Shown piece by piece: positions 30,050-40,657 of a DNA stretch of 64,000 bases (within the stretch, counting starts at the first letter, position 1; each line of letters begins with the position of its first letter). The DNA comes from a plasmid: NCBI RefSeq assembly GCF_054482525.1, contig NZ_JBTHVG010000003.1; one strand, 5' to 3'. A program made the translations under genes and the position numbers. The notes under the pieces were generated by a model. The model searched no databases, was not told the DNA's origin, and saw only the letters and a list, made by a program, of their open reading frames with translations.

Positions 30050-30215
30050 CATAGGATCACTAAACAAAGAAAAGTGACCCTATGAATACCTCACATAGGG
30101 TCACTTATGTTTGAAAAGTGACCCTATGTAATGTCGTCATAGGGTCACTTTTTATAAAAGTGTCACTATGGACAAAGTTCCATAGGGTCATTTTTTTTGG
30201 AAAAGTGGCACTAGA
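30050..30215. repeat. Four tandem ~44-bp units each built on an inverted repeat (AAAGTGACCCTATG-N9-CATAGGGTCACTT); candidate oriT or iteron region
   Basis: Units at ~30071, 30115, 30158, 30201 read directly; divergent intergenic region between the mating-pair and relaxase operons. Confidence 0.55.
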
Positions 30216-30283
30216 TATATGTATAACTTTAATAGAGCAATGCACATTATCAAAAGCAATAATCCACAATGGTCATTCCCTCA

Positions 30284-30294
30284 AAAGTAACTTT
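30284..30294. promoter_or_regulatory. AAAGT(A/T)ACTTT palindrome copy
   Basis: cAAAAGTAACTTTAGAgg; upstream of the relaxase operon, next to the tandem repeats. Confidence 0.5.
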
Positions 30295-30426
30295 AGAGGG
30301 TAGCGATGGAAGTGAGGCTAAACTCGCTGTTACTGTTTCTGAAGGCCCCTCCCGAATGGGGGAAACAGCGAGTGCATTACATCTGTTCAATTCCCTCATC
30401 AAAGAGCATTCAAAAATCTTCTGTTC

Positions 30427-30966
30427 GTGAAAAAAAACGGAAATTTCCTCCGGTATAGTAATTTCACATCAGGAGGCGTCATGAGTAATTCGAATCTTAT
30501 AAGTTCTATAGAGCTAACACGTAAAAATTTACGTGCTCAGATTGAAGGTTTGCGTGTTGAGGCTGAAGATCTCATTACAAAATACTGGATCAAGTGGAAG
30601 GAACGAAACCACCAAGAGATTAACCTTACCCGACATAGCAAAGTTCCAAAGAGGGAGTATCTGGGTTCTTACGCACCAAAAGTTGAGCTAATTGGTAATG
30701 CCAGAAAAGTAACGATCACTTGGCATCAGTTCAGCCCTTATAAAACAAGAGCGCCTAGTCACATGTCAAAACGGGTGCAACCAATGAAAAGTGGAAAATA
30801 TTCTAAGAACTGTTTTGTAAACCATGCCAGCTGGGAATACGAAATGATTTCTGAAACGGAAGCATTGCTGGAGCCTTACAGAGAAATGCTTGAGCTCTAT
30901 CATTCAGCATATATCGAACTTGGACGAAAAATCCGTCAATACTCAAAAACTAAGGTGGCACAATGA
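30427..30966 (+). CDS. Hypothetical protein, first gene of the relaxase operon (possible relaxosome accessory)
   Basis: 179-aa ORF; probable true start at internal MSNSNL. Confidence 0.45.
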   Translation: MKKNGNFLRYSNFTSGGVMSNSNLISSIELTRKNLRAQIEGLRVEAEDLITKYWIKWKERNHQEINLTRHSKVPKREYLGSYAPKVELIGNARKVTITWHQFSPYKTRAPSHMSKRVQPMKSGKYSKNCFVNHASWEYEMISETEALLEPYREMLELYHSAYIELGRKIRQYSKTKVAQ

Positions 30967-31700
30967 CCGACGCAATTATCACGGACAATGAGCGTATTAA
31001 CATTGAACCAAAAGATGTAATGGTAAAAGGTTCAAATAAAAAGCAAGGCGTAAACGCTCAAACTTCTACTCAACGTAGACCAGAGCACCAGGGTATGGCC
31101 AAAGTTATTATTAACCCCGGCACCCCAGATTTTAACCGGTTTTTAACTGCCAGAAATGGAGCAGTCATCAGAGGTTTTGATGATGTGAGTATCGCTATTT
31201 CCTCTCTCTTTAAAACGGTTGATGCAGTTAAACATCCTGACCTTGTTCAGGCTATTCAGGATTGGTTCAACGAGCTGCATGAAGAAAACAATAAGATGAA
31301 AGAAAATCTTGTTGCTTATATTAAGTCAATTGAGTTCGACAAGAATGACTCATTCATGTCATCAACTCAGTTTGTACCTTTCAGTTTTGAACCAGTACAA
31401 CTCAACTTCAATAACCACAACACCATGAGGTTTTACAAGTACATCTTCGAGATGAACCAGCTCATGAACACAATGTATGAGTACAACTCATTGGGTTTAC
31501 TGGCTGTAAGCGACTATCCGGTTATGTCTCACAACATTATAAAGAGTATTAATTTATATGTTGAGAATGTGAAAAAGACTCTGAATGTTTCTCGCCGTAA
31601 GGATGGGCCATACAGTCCAGCAGAGTTCATCACCAAAGTAATGCAATATAAAAGTGTGCAGGCATACATTGCAGCCGAACTGTCAGGCAAACGTCGATAA
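30963..31700 (+). CDS. Hypothetical protein (possible relaxosome accessory)
   Basis: 245 aa; 4-bp overlap with upstream gene. Confidence 0.45.
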   Translation: MTDAIITDNERINIEPKDVMVKGSNKKQGVNAQTSTQRRPEHQGMAKVIINPGTPDFNRFLTARNGAVIRGFDDVSIAISSLFKTVDAVKHPDLVQAIQDWFNELHEENNKMKENLVAYIKSIEFDKNDSFMSSTQFVPFSFEPVQLNFNNHNTMRFYKYIFEMNQLMNTMYEYNSLGLLAVSDYPVMSHNIIKSINLYVENVKKTLNVSRRKDGPYSPAEFITKVMQYKSVQAYIAAELSGKRR

Positions 31701-31703
31701 GGT

Positions 31704-34700
31704 ATGATGATGAATTTCAGGGCGCTGTATTTATGTATTAAACGGATTTTGGGGATATTCTCATCTCAGGAGAATGATGCAACCTCTGTAATGATTGAGG
31801 ATATATCAAGCCTCTCTCCTTTTGCGCAGATTCTAGGAGATCAGAAGTACACTGTTCCTGATCATCCAAATCCAGAAGTCCTGAAATTCATCGAGTATCC
31901 AACTCGTCCGACGGGCATACAGACATTTAATGAACAGTCAATCCTGTCTCTGTATCGGGAAAAGCTGCACTCAATTTCAATGATGTTAGCTATCAGCGAT
32001 AGCGACATCAGGGACGATGCATATACATTTACTAATTTAGTATTAAAGCCCTTGGTTGAATATGTTCGCTGGATACATCTTTTGCCAGCTTCCGAAAATC
32101 ATCATCATAATGGTATTGGTGGGTTACTTTCTCACAGCCTGGAAGTGGCCATACTCTCTTTAAAAAATGCGCATCACTCAGAACTGAGACCAATCGGATA
32201 TCAAGATGAAGAAGTAGTCCGTAGAAAAGTATATCTCTATGCTGCGTTTATCTGTGGTTTAGTCCATGATGCCGGAAAGGTTTACGATCTCGATATTGTA
32301 AGCCTGAATTTAGCTAGTCCGATCATTTGGACGCCAAGCTCACAAAGTCTTCTTGACTGGGCACGTGAAAATGACGTGGTTGAATACGAAATCCACTGGC
32401 GAAAGCGTATTCATAATCAACATAATATCTGGTCCAGCGTTTTCCTTGAGCGAATCCTAAACCCGGTATGTCTTGCATTTTTGGATCGGGTAAATAAAGA
32501 ACGTGTTTATTCAAAAATGATCACCGCCCTAAACGTTTATACTGATGGGAATGACTTTTTGTCTAAATGCGTGAGGACCGCTGATTTCTATTCTACTGGT
32601 ACAGACCTTAATGTTTTACGTGACCCTATCATGGGTCTGCGTTCTAATGATGCAGCAGCAAGGGCCATTAGTACCATCAAGCACAACTTTACCAGTATCA
32701 ATATCAACAATTACAATGCTAAGCCTATGCACATCATTATCGTAAATGGTGAGGTATACCTTAACGAGAACGCATTCCTTGATTTTGTTCTCAATGATTT
32801 CGAATTACATAAATATAACTTCCCTCAGGGAGAGGCTGGTAAGACGGTATTGGTAGAATCCCTAGTTCAACGTGGTTACGTCGAGCCCTATGATGATGAG
32901 CGTGTCGTTCACTACTTCATTCCGGGTATCTATTCGGAAAACGAAATATCAAACATCTTTAGAAATGGGATAGGGAAACTAGAATTCTATAACCTTCTTA
33001 AGCTAAGGTGGATTGGTTTAATCTTTGATTCCTATAAAATCCCTGACTCAGTGCCGGGTCTTTTTAGCGTTAATGCCAATAAAGACTTTATTTACATTGA
33101 CGAGCAAAAAACAGTTACTGAATACAGAAGACCAGTGCCCGGTCGGGACGCTATAACTAAAATTACTGATACTGTTGAGACGGCTGTTCTTAAGGTTAAT
33201 GATTTAGGCCGCTCCACTGCCTCTATTGATGTTGATATACATTCTAAGAAAAATGAAGGCTCATCCGACGATTTTGAGAAGAAAGCCGAAAGTGATAATG
33301 AAATTGATAATGACACGCAGATAGTTAAATCTGAGGGTGAGGAAGCAGCTGATCCTGTCATTCCTGATATAGAAGAAAGTGAAGATGAATCGGCAAAGGA
33401 CACGGAATCCCATGTCCTGGTCAACCAACTTCATGAACTCCTTTTAAGCGCTCCACTTTCCAATGACTATATAGTGTGTGTAGATGCTGTCCCCTACCTC
33501 AACATAGATGCCACTATGGCATTGCTGCCGGGATTAGATGAAAAAGCATTTAGTGAAGAGCCCTATTTCCAACTGACATTCAGAGAAGGCTCTCTCGATG
33601 GAATGTGGATAGTAAGGGACATTGACGATCTGCGTTTAGTCCAGCTCGGCGATAACTGCGCCGGGTTCCAGCTCACCTATCATGAGCCAAGAAGGCCAAC
33701 AACTTTAAAGTCACTTTTCAATACTTCTATGTATCAGGCATTAGTGATTAATGATGAGTCTTCTGTTGAAAACTCTGCCCCACGTCCAAAGCAAACGCTT
33801 GAGCTGCCTCCCCCACGTGTAAATGCAGTCGAAGAACATTCTGGCGACGTGGAATATCATGGAACCGATAGTGCATCCGCGACTGGTCCGCTGAAAACTG
33901 AGGCTGTGGAATATGAACATTATCAACATCTTTTTGAGGAAGAAGATGAAGAGCATGAGATCATTGATTATACCGATTTCACACAGCTTAGTGTTTCTCG
34001 GCCAGAAGTCGGTAGTTGTGCAACAAGCTCTTCGGTCCATAATGAAAAGCTTCTCCCCGAGCCGTCAGAATTACCAGAACTTAACCGAGAACAGAACGCT
34101 GATCCCCAGGGTACGATTGAACGCTCTATGGATGTTTCTGTAGGACAAGAAAACTCAGAACCAGATACTGAGGGTAACTGCCCACCACCAGCTGAAGTTG
34201 TGTATTCCCAGACCGAAGCAGCCGCAACCAGTGTGATGGCAAGTGAAGAGCCCGCCTTACCTCCTGTACTTGAAGAATCAAATGGAGAGCATGCGCCCAC
34301 AGACGCTAAGGGGCATCATCTTTCGCCAGCACTGGCCAGACTGTTCGCCCCAACAGCACCGGTAGAAAAACAAAATCCCAAGCGCAACCGGAATAAATCA
34401 TCGGACAAAGCAGAAGTACAAAAACCAGCATCACCTGTTTCTGGTCACAATCTGAACAGTAAAGTCTTTGCAACTACTGAATCAGACCAAAATGGTGAAT
34501 TCTCGCTTATAAGCGAAGGTGACGTTACAGAGCTTGAATTTGTAGAAATTGCGTCAGTACTGCATCAAATTCTGTCCAAAATGGAGGTGGCGTTTAAAAG
34601 AAAGCGCAAAAACAGATTTATGGTAAGTACTCCTAATACTCTCTATCTGACCCAATCTTGCGTGGAAAAATTTGGGTCGCAGTTAGAGGCTCAAGATCTT

Positions 34701-34856
34701 TTCAATAAGCTTCCTCAGTACCTCGTTAATTCTGGTGCTGTGATCAATACAAAATGCCATGCATTTAACATGCCTACTTTGCTGGCCGCATCAGACCGGG
34801 CGAAAGTGGACATTGAACGAATTATCAATAACCTGAAAGAGGCTGGGAACCTATAA
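31704..34856 (+). CDS. Conjugative relaxase, MOB_H-like (HD-hydrolase-type motif)
   Basis: 1050 aa; ...LLSHSLEVAILSL... and ...LVHDAGKVYDL... His/Asp motifs; followed directly by the coupling protein gene. Confidence 0.6.
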   Translation: MMMNFRALYLCIKRILGIFSSQENDATSVMIEDISSLSPFAQILGDQKYTVPDHPNPEVLKFIEYPTRPTGIQTFNEQSILSLYREKLHSISMMLAISDSDIRDDAYTFTNLVLKPLVEYVRWIHLLPASENHHHNGIGGLLSHSLEVAILSLKNAHHSELRPIGYQDEEVVRRKVYLYAAFICGLVHDAGKVYDLDIVSLNLASPIIWTPSSQSLLDWARENDVVEYEIHWRKRIHNQHNIWSSVFLERILNPVCLAFLDRVNKERVYSKMITALNVYTDGNDFLSKCVRTADFYSTGTDLNVLRDPIMGLRSNDAAARAISTIKHNFTSININNYNAKPMHIIIVNGEVYLNENAFLDFVLNDFELHKYNFPQGEAGKTVLVESLVQRGYVEPYDDERVVHYFIPGIYSENEISNIFRNGIGKLEFYNLLKLRWIGLIFDSYKIPDSVPGLFSVNANKDFIYIDEQKTVTEYRRPVPGRDAITKITDTVETAVLKVNDLGRSTASIDVDIHSKKNEGSSDDFEKKAESDNEIDNDTQIVKSEGEEAADPVIPDIEESEDESAKDTESHVLVNQLHELLLSAPLSNDYIVCVDAVPYLNIDATMALLPGLDEKAFSEEPYFQLTFREGSLDGMWIVRDIDDLRLVQLGDNCAGFQLTYHEPRRPTTLKSLFNTSMYQALVINDESSVENSAPRPKQTLELPPPRVNAVEEHSGDVEYHGTDSASATGPLKTEAVEYEHYQHLFEEEDEEHEIIDYTDFTQLSVSRPEVGSCATSSSVHNEKLLPEPSELPELNREQNADPQGTIERSMDVSVGQENSEPDTEGNCPPPAEVVYSQTEAAATSVMASEEPALPPVLEESNGEHAPTDAKGHHLSPALARLFAPTAPVEKQNPKRNRNKSSDKAEVQKPASPVSGHNLNSKVFATTESDQNGEFSLISEGDVTELEFVEIASVLHQILSKMEVAFKRKRKNRFMVSTPNTLYLTQSCVEKFGSQLEAQDLFNKLPQYLVNSGAVINTKCHAFNMPTLLAASDRAKVDIERIINNLKEAGNL

Positions 34857-36940
34857 TGTCAGATTCGAAGAGGACTAACCTCCATGCACAAGAGAATTTT
34901 TATCGGCCTATTCTTGAGTATCGTAGTGCCTCAATACTTTTGATTTGTTCGGTTTCTATGCTTTATATGGGACTTTCTTCAGACGGACTGGACATCGCCC
35001 CAATAGTTCTGTTCACCTCAATATTGCTTTTTTTGCTGTGCCTTTATCGTTGCAAAACAGCAGCGCCATTCTTGATGGCTCATTGGCGTGTATTCAAGCG
35101 ACATTTCATGTTCGTTAGTCTTGATTCACTGCGTGTAATTAACAAAAGTAACTTTTTCTCCAATGAGCGAAAGTATCGTCAACTGGTTCAGGATTATCAA
35201 AATAAAAATAAGGATATACCCGAGCGAAAGTCCTATTTTTGTGATGGGTTTGAGTGGGGCCCGGAACATGCGGATCGGGCATATCAAATAGCTAACCTCT
35301 CCAGTGATAAACGTGAGATCGAGTTGCCATTCGTCTTCAACCCAATTAAGAGACATTTTGACGCAATGGCTCGTAAGATGGGCGGCAGCAATGCAATTTT
35401 TGCTGTGGAACGTAGGGAACCCATATTTGTAACTGAAGACAATTGGTTTGGTCATACTCTGATAACCGGAAACGTGGGTACCGGGAAAACGGTGCTACAG
35501 CGTTTACTAAGCATTAGCATGCTTCATCTTGGTCATGTTGTTGTTGTCATAGATCCAAAGAACGATGCAGAGTGGCGAGAATCTCTAATGGAAGAGGCTA
35601 AGACCCTCGGTCTTCCTTTCTATAAATTTCATCCTGGCCAGCCAGCATCTTCGGTCTGTATTGATGTCTGCAACACCTATACTAATGTTTCTGACCTAAC
35701 ATCTCGTCTTTTGAGCTTGGTGACAGTTCCCGGTGAGGTTAACCCATTCGTTCAGTATGCCAAGGCTCTCGTTTCCAATGTGATTTCCGGGCTTTCTTAC
35801 ATAGAGAAAAAGCCTTCTATTTATCTGATTCACAAGAACATGAAAAGCCACATGTCTATTGTGAATCTTACAGTCAAGGTAATGGAGTCATGTTACGCGA
35901 GATATTATGGTTACGATGTCTGGACCGAAAAAGTTAAGTACGTCGCTAACGAAACCTTGCCGGTACGTTTCAAGCGTCTCGCTGAATGGTTTACGGCTCA
36001 TTTCATGAATTACGAGGGGTCCGAACAAATAGACTGGTTAGATACTGTTTCCCAGCTTATTGATTACTCAATGTCCGACCCAGAGCATATGGCTAAAATG
36101 ACCGCAGGTATTATGCCTGTTTTCGATATGCTCATTGAAAAACCTTTAAATGAGCTTTTATCTCCTAACCCGAACTCAGTATCATCAAGAGAAATTGTAA
36201 CAAGCGAAGGGATGTTCAGCACTGGCGGGGTGCTATACATTTCGCTTGATGGCCTTTCAAACCCCGATACAGCAGCTGCTATTTCTCAATTAATAATGTC
36301 AGATCTGACCTCCTGTGCCGGTAGTCGCTACAACGCTCAGGATGGTGATATGTCAGCTAATTCCAGGATAAGTATTTTTGTTGATGAGGCACACTCAGCC
36401 ATTAACAACCCTATGATTAACCTTCTGGCGCAGGGTCGTGCAGCGAAAATTGCACTGTTTATTTGCACCCAAACCATCTCCGACTTTATTGCTGCGGCAA
36501 GTGTTGAAACTGCCAATCGAATTACGGGGCTCTGCAACAATTATATAAGCTTGCGAGTCAACGATACTCCTACTCAGACGCTTGTTGTAGAGAACTTTGG
36601 TAAGAGTGCGATAAGCACAAATATGGTCACTTATACGACCGGTTCAGAAACATCTTTGCCGCATAATAACTTCTCAGGTTCAATCTCAGAAAGAAAGCAG
36701 ACAACTTTAGAAGAGAGTATTCCAAAGGATCTCTTGGGTCAGGTCCCTATGTTTCACATAGTTGCCAGGCTTCAAGATGGCAGGAAGGTTGTAGGCCAAA
36801 TCCCTATTGCTGTTGCTGAGAAACAAATGAAGCCAAACACAACTCTGTCGGAAATGCTTTTCAAGAAGGCCGGAAAAGTTACTTTGCGTCAAAATCTCGA
36901 TATCAAAAATCTTAATAAATTTCTAAGGAAGTTTCATTGA
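34856..36940 (+). CDS. Type IV coupling protein (TraD/TraG/VirD4 family ATPase)
   Basis: N-terminal TM; Walker A GNVGTGKT; Walker B FVDEAH. Confidence 0.8.
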   Translation: MSDSKRTNLHAQENFYRPILEYRSASILLICSVSMLYMGLSSDGLDIAPIVLFTSILLFLLCLYRCKTAAPFLMAHWRVFKRHFMFVSLDSLRVINKSNFFSNERKYRQLVQDYQNKNKDIPERKSYFCDGFEWGPEHADRAYQIANLSSDKREIELPFVFNPIKRHFDAMARKMGGSNAIFAVERREPIFVTEDNWFGHTLITGNVGTGKTVLQRLLSISMLHLGHVVVVIDPKNDAEWRESLMEEAKTLGLPFYKFHPGQPASSVCIDVCNTYTNVSDLTSRLLSLVTVPGEVNPFVQYAKALVSNVISGLSYIEKKPSIYLIHKNMKSHMSIVNLTVKVMESCYARYYGYDVWTEKVKYVANETLPVRFKRLAEWFTAHFMNYEGSEQIDWLDTVSQLIDYSMSDPEHMAKMTAGIMPVFDMLIEKPLNELLSPNPNSVSSREIVTSEGMFSTGGVLYISLDGLSNPDTAAAISQLIMSDLTSCAGSRYNAQDGDMSANSRISIFVDEAHSAINNPMINLLAQGRAAKIALFICTQTISDFIAAASVETANRITGLCNNYISLRVNDTPTQTLVVENFGKSAISTNMVTYTTGSETSLPHNNFSGSISERKQTTLEESIPKDLLGQVPMFHIVARLQDGRKVVGQIPIAVAEKQMKPNTTLSEMLFKKAGKVTLRQNLDIKNLNKFLRKFH
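35145..35155. promoter_or_regulatory. AAAGT(A/T)ACTTT palindrome copy (intragenic)
   Basis: cAAAAGTAACTTTTTCtc; inside the coupling protein gene. Confidence 0.4.
36875..36885. promoter_or_regulatory. AAAGT(A/T)ACTTT palindrome copy (intragenic)
   Basis: gAAAAGTTACTTTGCGtc; 3' end of the coupling protein gene. Confidence 0.4.
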
Positions 36941-38049
36941 TGGATGAAAAAATTGTCCTGACGCGCCAGCAAATTTTAAGCTCTGCACTAAAAGTCAGCA
37001 AATGTCGCTCGCTCGTAAAAAGGCGCTTTCAGTCTTTGGGTTTAAAGTACGCAGATTCTCAGGAAGTTCGAGATCGGCTAACTAAGATAGAAAAAAACGC
37101 GTTTCATCATTTGGGAAAATTTTGTCAGAGCAACGATATCGATTCCCTATTCTCCATGGCAAATACCCTGTCTGAGCTTTTCCTTTTAAAGGGAGAGTTG
37201 ATCACGACTGATCCCTTTGGGGACCGTGAAACCAGCTACTGGTCGGTACCACAAGGTTCATGCCATGAATGGATTCAATCGCTGACCACCAGCGAAGGTC
37301 CTGAACGTAAATTCGTTAGTTTCCGTATTTCTTTCGATAACAATGACGAACGGTGTGATCTTGTAAAGAAGAATGCCCGTATGCTTGGTTGTTATCTTTT
37401 GCCTTATTTCGTCGATTTGACACGCACGGTGGGCGCATTCATTAATTTGCCAGGTAGTGTCTCTTTTAAACAAGTACAGCGCATCAAACCCCAGATTCAT
37501 CCAGAAACAACACATAGTCATATAGTTACTATTGAGGACTCTCCCTTTCTTTCTCGGTTAAAATTTAAAATCATTACTGCCATAGATCGGCTTCCTGACC
37601 CTAATGGCCTTTATACAAACACCTTTAACAGCATTATTGACCGTGCACTGCTGACTCATCTCAAAACCGAACAGGAAAAAATAGATAGTCCAAGAGTCTG
37701 CAAAAATGTGATTTCGGCTTTTGCCGACTCAACTCTTTCTCTGCCGGTGTTTAACATCGGCCTAAACGAGCAGTACAGATACTGGACGCCGTGGGGCATC
37801 AACTTTATAGAATTTTCCCGCCAGGCCGCAAAAGTAAGGACCGCTGTATTTGTTCCTGATGTGGGACAGATCGAGTGGAAAAGCGCAGAGCATAAAGAAC
37901 TGGCGGAGTTAAGCCTCATCGACCAAATCATACCTAAACAGTACCACTGGCTCCTGGGTATCCCGACGATGTGGCGTAACAACTATTGCAATCACGATCA
38001 GAGGCTAGCTCTTTTTCGTGAATGGAGGGAAAGCAATGGCTGCGGATAA
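36937..38049 (+). CDS. Hypothetical protein
   Basis: 370 aa; translationally coupled (ATGA overlap) to the coupling protein gene. Confidence 0.45.
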   Translation: MMDEKIVLTRQQILSSALKVSKCRSLVKRRFQSLGLKYADSQEVRDRLTKIEKNAFHHLGKFCQSNDIDSLFSMANTLSELFLLKGELITTDPFGDRETSYWSVPQGSCHEWIQSLTTSEGPERKFVSFRISFDNNDERCDLVKKNARMLGCYLLPYFVDLTRTVGAFINLPGSVSFKQVQRIKPQIHPETTHSHIVTIEDSPFLSRLKFKIITAIDRLPDPNGLYTNTFNSIIDRALLTHLKTEQEKIDSPRVCKNVISAFADSTLSLPVFNIGLNEQYRYWTPWGINFIEFSRQAAKVRTAVFVPDVGQIEWKSAEHKELAELSLIDQIIPKQYHWLLGIPTMWRNNYCNHDQRLALFREWRESNGCG

Positions 38050-38698
38050 TACAAGCAGAGCAGCAGTGCTCAGAACAATGCTTTTTTTTGGCATGGTCAT
38101 TTATTTTGGTTACAGCCTGGCTTTCCAGAATACTGAGGAGCTCAAATATCAGATTACTCAGGAGGTTAATGCAAGCCGGTCCATCATATCAAATGACCGT
38201 TGGAAGTCTGTTATTGCAAATAGTGAAGCGACTTTAAATTGGTTGGTACATGACTATAAGTTAATTGACTATCTGAATACTATTCTGATCCCTGACACCA
38301 AAAAACCAGCCAGAGGTATTAACATTGTTGCTGAAAAATTTACCTCTATTAATTACACTATGGCCAAAAACATACCCCTCTTACTTTATCAGTCCATTTT
38401 CCGGTGGAACTTAATCCTGGGGTGGCTAATCGTTTTTCTGCCCTATCTATTTGCCATGCTAGCAGATGGAATGTACCAGTGGAAATTGAAGAGGTACGTA
38501 TTTGGTAAGGTTACAGTTCAGTTTTATCGTATTTGGTTTCGAGCATTTTGGGTGATCAGTGCTTTAACGATGGTCTACCTGGTCATGCCGAATATGTCAC
38601 TATTTAACAATATCGCTCAACTTTTCCCACCAGTCGCTTTATTGATACTGGGAATTGCATTGAATCGCTTGTGGTCTAACTTTCAAAAACTCATGTAA
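38018..38698 (+). CDS. Multi-pass membrane protein, hypothetical
   Basis: 226 aa, several hydrophobic helices. Confidence 0.45.
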   Translation: MNGGKAMAADNTSRAAVLRTMLFFGMVIYFGYSLAFQNTEELKYQITQEVNASRSIISNDRWKSVIANSEATLNWLVHDYKLIDYLNTILIPDTKKPARGINIVAEKFTSINYTMAKNIPLLLYQSIFRWNLILGWLIVFLPYLFAMLADGMYQWKLKRYVFGKVTVQFYRIWFRAFWVISALTMVYLVMPNMSLFNNIAQLFPPVALLILGIALNRLWSNFQKLM

Positions 38699-38708
38699 AG
38701 GTGGTCAG

Positions 38709-39890
38709 ATGTTAAGCAGTAAAAAAAGGAAGTCCCCTACAAATATCAAAGAATCGCTCAATGATAACGCTGACCGTTTTTATAAGATGTTTCGCATTCA
38801 TACCACGGCAAAAGTTGCTATGTCGCTAATTGCCATGACCGCTGTAGGGTTTTCTTTCTACAATCTTTACGAACAATGGCAGGACGCTGAAGGGAAGAAA
38901 GACCATATAGCTGTAATACGGATTTCTGGCGAGATGGGTACCGGCTCGGAAACGGGCGATGGAACAGTGATCGCAACAGCTCTTGCCAAAGCTTACAATA
39001 ATCCCCATGCCAAAGCAGTTATTATCGAGGCAGAGTCAGGTGGTGGTGGTCCCTCTGACGCCATCATTATTTACCGCCAGATAAACGCGCTTAAAAACCA
39101 CCAGCCACAGATTGAACGCGTATCAGATGCCGGTTGCTCTCTTTCATCTGTAGCCGCTGACAAGAGTAACAAAACCGGGAGCACAGAACGTGGCGATGAA
39201 GCACGGTCGAAGCAAAACTCCCTCGAAGTACTCTCCAGCGGTACCGGTCGTTTTTTCTCTGATATCGCAGACTCATATAAACCAATCATCGTTAGTGTGA
39301 AAGGCATATGCGCATCCGCATGCTATTACGCGGTATCGCCCGCTGATGCAATTTATGCCGACAGTAATGCCCTGATCGGTTCTATCGGTGTGCGTATGGA
39401 CCACTGGAATCTGTCAGAGATCATGAGCACAGTAGGCGTCAAGAATGAGCCCCTTACGGCCGGTGAGTTCAAAGATGCTCTTGACCCCTTCCACCCATTG
39501 TCCGATTCAACGAGGGAGTTCATGCAGAAGGAGATCCTGAACACGATGCATGAAAAATTTATAACTGATGTTGAACTTGGACGGGGTAAAAAGCTTCTCT
39601 CGCGTCATGATGCCGATGCTGTTTCTCTCTATTCAGGCCGTGTATGGCCAACACCTCAGGCAGTTAAGTACGGCCTGGTGGATGGAGATCTTACGTCAGT
39701 AGAGATCCGTACACGTCTTTCAAAAATGTACTCCACTGACACGTTCAAAAACTACAATGAGCCTCATCGTAATCTCCGTTCTGCACTCGGCATGCTGATG
39801 AGCCTGTCTTCAAATATTGAGAGCCTTACCGGTACCACTACCCGCTTGGTAGAATCTGTTAATGCCACCAGCTACCCCTCTGTGAGGTAA
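38709..39890 (+). CDS. S49-family (SppA-like, ClpP/crotonase fold) peptidase with N-terminal membrane anchor
   Basis: ...AVIIEAESGGGGPSDA... and ...SACYYAVSPADAIYADSNALIGSIGV... resemble SppA. Confidence 0.6.
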   Translation: MLSSKKRKSPTNIKESLNDNADRFYKMFRIHTTAKVAMSLIAMTAVGFSFYNLYEQWQDAEGKKDHIAVIRISGEMGTGSETGDGTVIATALAKAYNNPHAKAVIIEAESGGGGPSDAIIIYRQINALKNHQPQIERVSDAGCSLSSVAADKSNKTGSTERGDEARSKQNSLEVLSSGTGRFFSDIADSYKPIIVSVKGICASACYYAVSPADAIYADSNALIGSIGVRMDHWNLSEIMSTVGVKNEPLTAGEFKDALDPFHPLSDSTREFMQKEILNTMHEKFITDVELGRGKKLLSRHDADAVSLYSGRVWPTPQAVKYGLVDGDLTSVEIRTRLSKMYSTDTFKNYNEPHRNLRSALGMLMSLSSNIESLTGTTTRLVESVNATSYPSVR

Positions 39891-39891
39891 C

Positions 39892-40623
39892 ATGGATGCT
39901 TTCAATCTGCTGTGGAGCATTACGGGGGTAGCTTTCATTATCCTTATTTTCGTCGTGTTGCTGTGTCTGTTGGGTTTTATGACCTCTGCCATAGCGGAAC
40001 GGCGGACTGCAAAGGCAATTGAATCTGGGCTTCCTGAAGAAGCTCAGGGGCTACTTAGTGATCTCACCTTTCAGTTGTCGGCTCATAGCACTACTCAGGT
40101 TGATCACATTCTCGTAGCCCCACATGGTATATACGTCATAGAGCAGAAAAACTACGTAGGCAAGCTCTACGGTACTCTGGAGGAAAGCCACTGGCGGAAA
40201 TGGACTCAGTCCCGAACCCTCAAGTTGCAGAACCCGTTTAAGCAAAACCAGGGGCACATCAGGGCTATTCAGTCTGCTCTTAAGGCTAGAGAACTGGAAT
40301 GTATCAATGTCGTCATCATAAACGGACGTTGTAAGTTTGATGGCATCAAGCCGGAATGGTTATGTATGGGGATGGACGATTTTATCCATAAAGTCAAACA
40401 ACGACGAGGGCTACGGTTGTTCACACCGGAGTCTGTTCAGCACATCTGTTCGGTGTTGAAGTCAACAAGGAAGTCGCCAGGGCTCTATACGGACCTTACT
40501 CATATTCACAACATAACGACAAAGTACAAAGCCCCGATGAAATTCGAGCAACGAGTAACATACATTCTGCTCAACTTTATCCATTATCTGTGGGCAAGTC
40601 TGTTCACTAAGCAGAAGCCTTAG
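39892..40623 (+). CDS. NERD (nuclease-related domain) protein with N-terminal TM helix
   Basis: ...VDHILVAPHGIYVIEQKNYVGKLYG... then ...QNPFKQNQGHIRAIQ...; 1-bp gap to the S49 gene. Confidence 0.6.
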   Translation: MDAFNLLWSITGVAFIILIFVVLLCLLGFMTSAIAERRTAKAIESGLPEEAQGLLSDLTFQLSAHSTTQVDHILVAPHGIYVIEQKNYVGKLYGTLEESHWRKWTQSRTLKLQNPFKQNQGHIRAIQSALKARELECINVVIINGRCKFDGIKPEWLCMGMDDFIHKVKQRRGLRLFTPESVQHICSVLKSTRKSPGLYTDLTHIHNITTKYKAPMKFEQRVTYILLNFIHYLWASLFTKQKP

Positions 40624-40657
40624 CGCTCTATCATTGGTAAGGCTGTAAAATGTCTGC

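Noticed and set aside
30050-30215. CRISPR array
   Set aside because: Tandem units are themselves inverted repeats with degenerate spacing, no uniform unique spacers and no cas genes; better explained as oriT/iteron-like sites.
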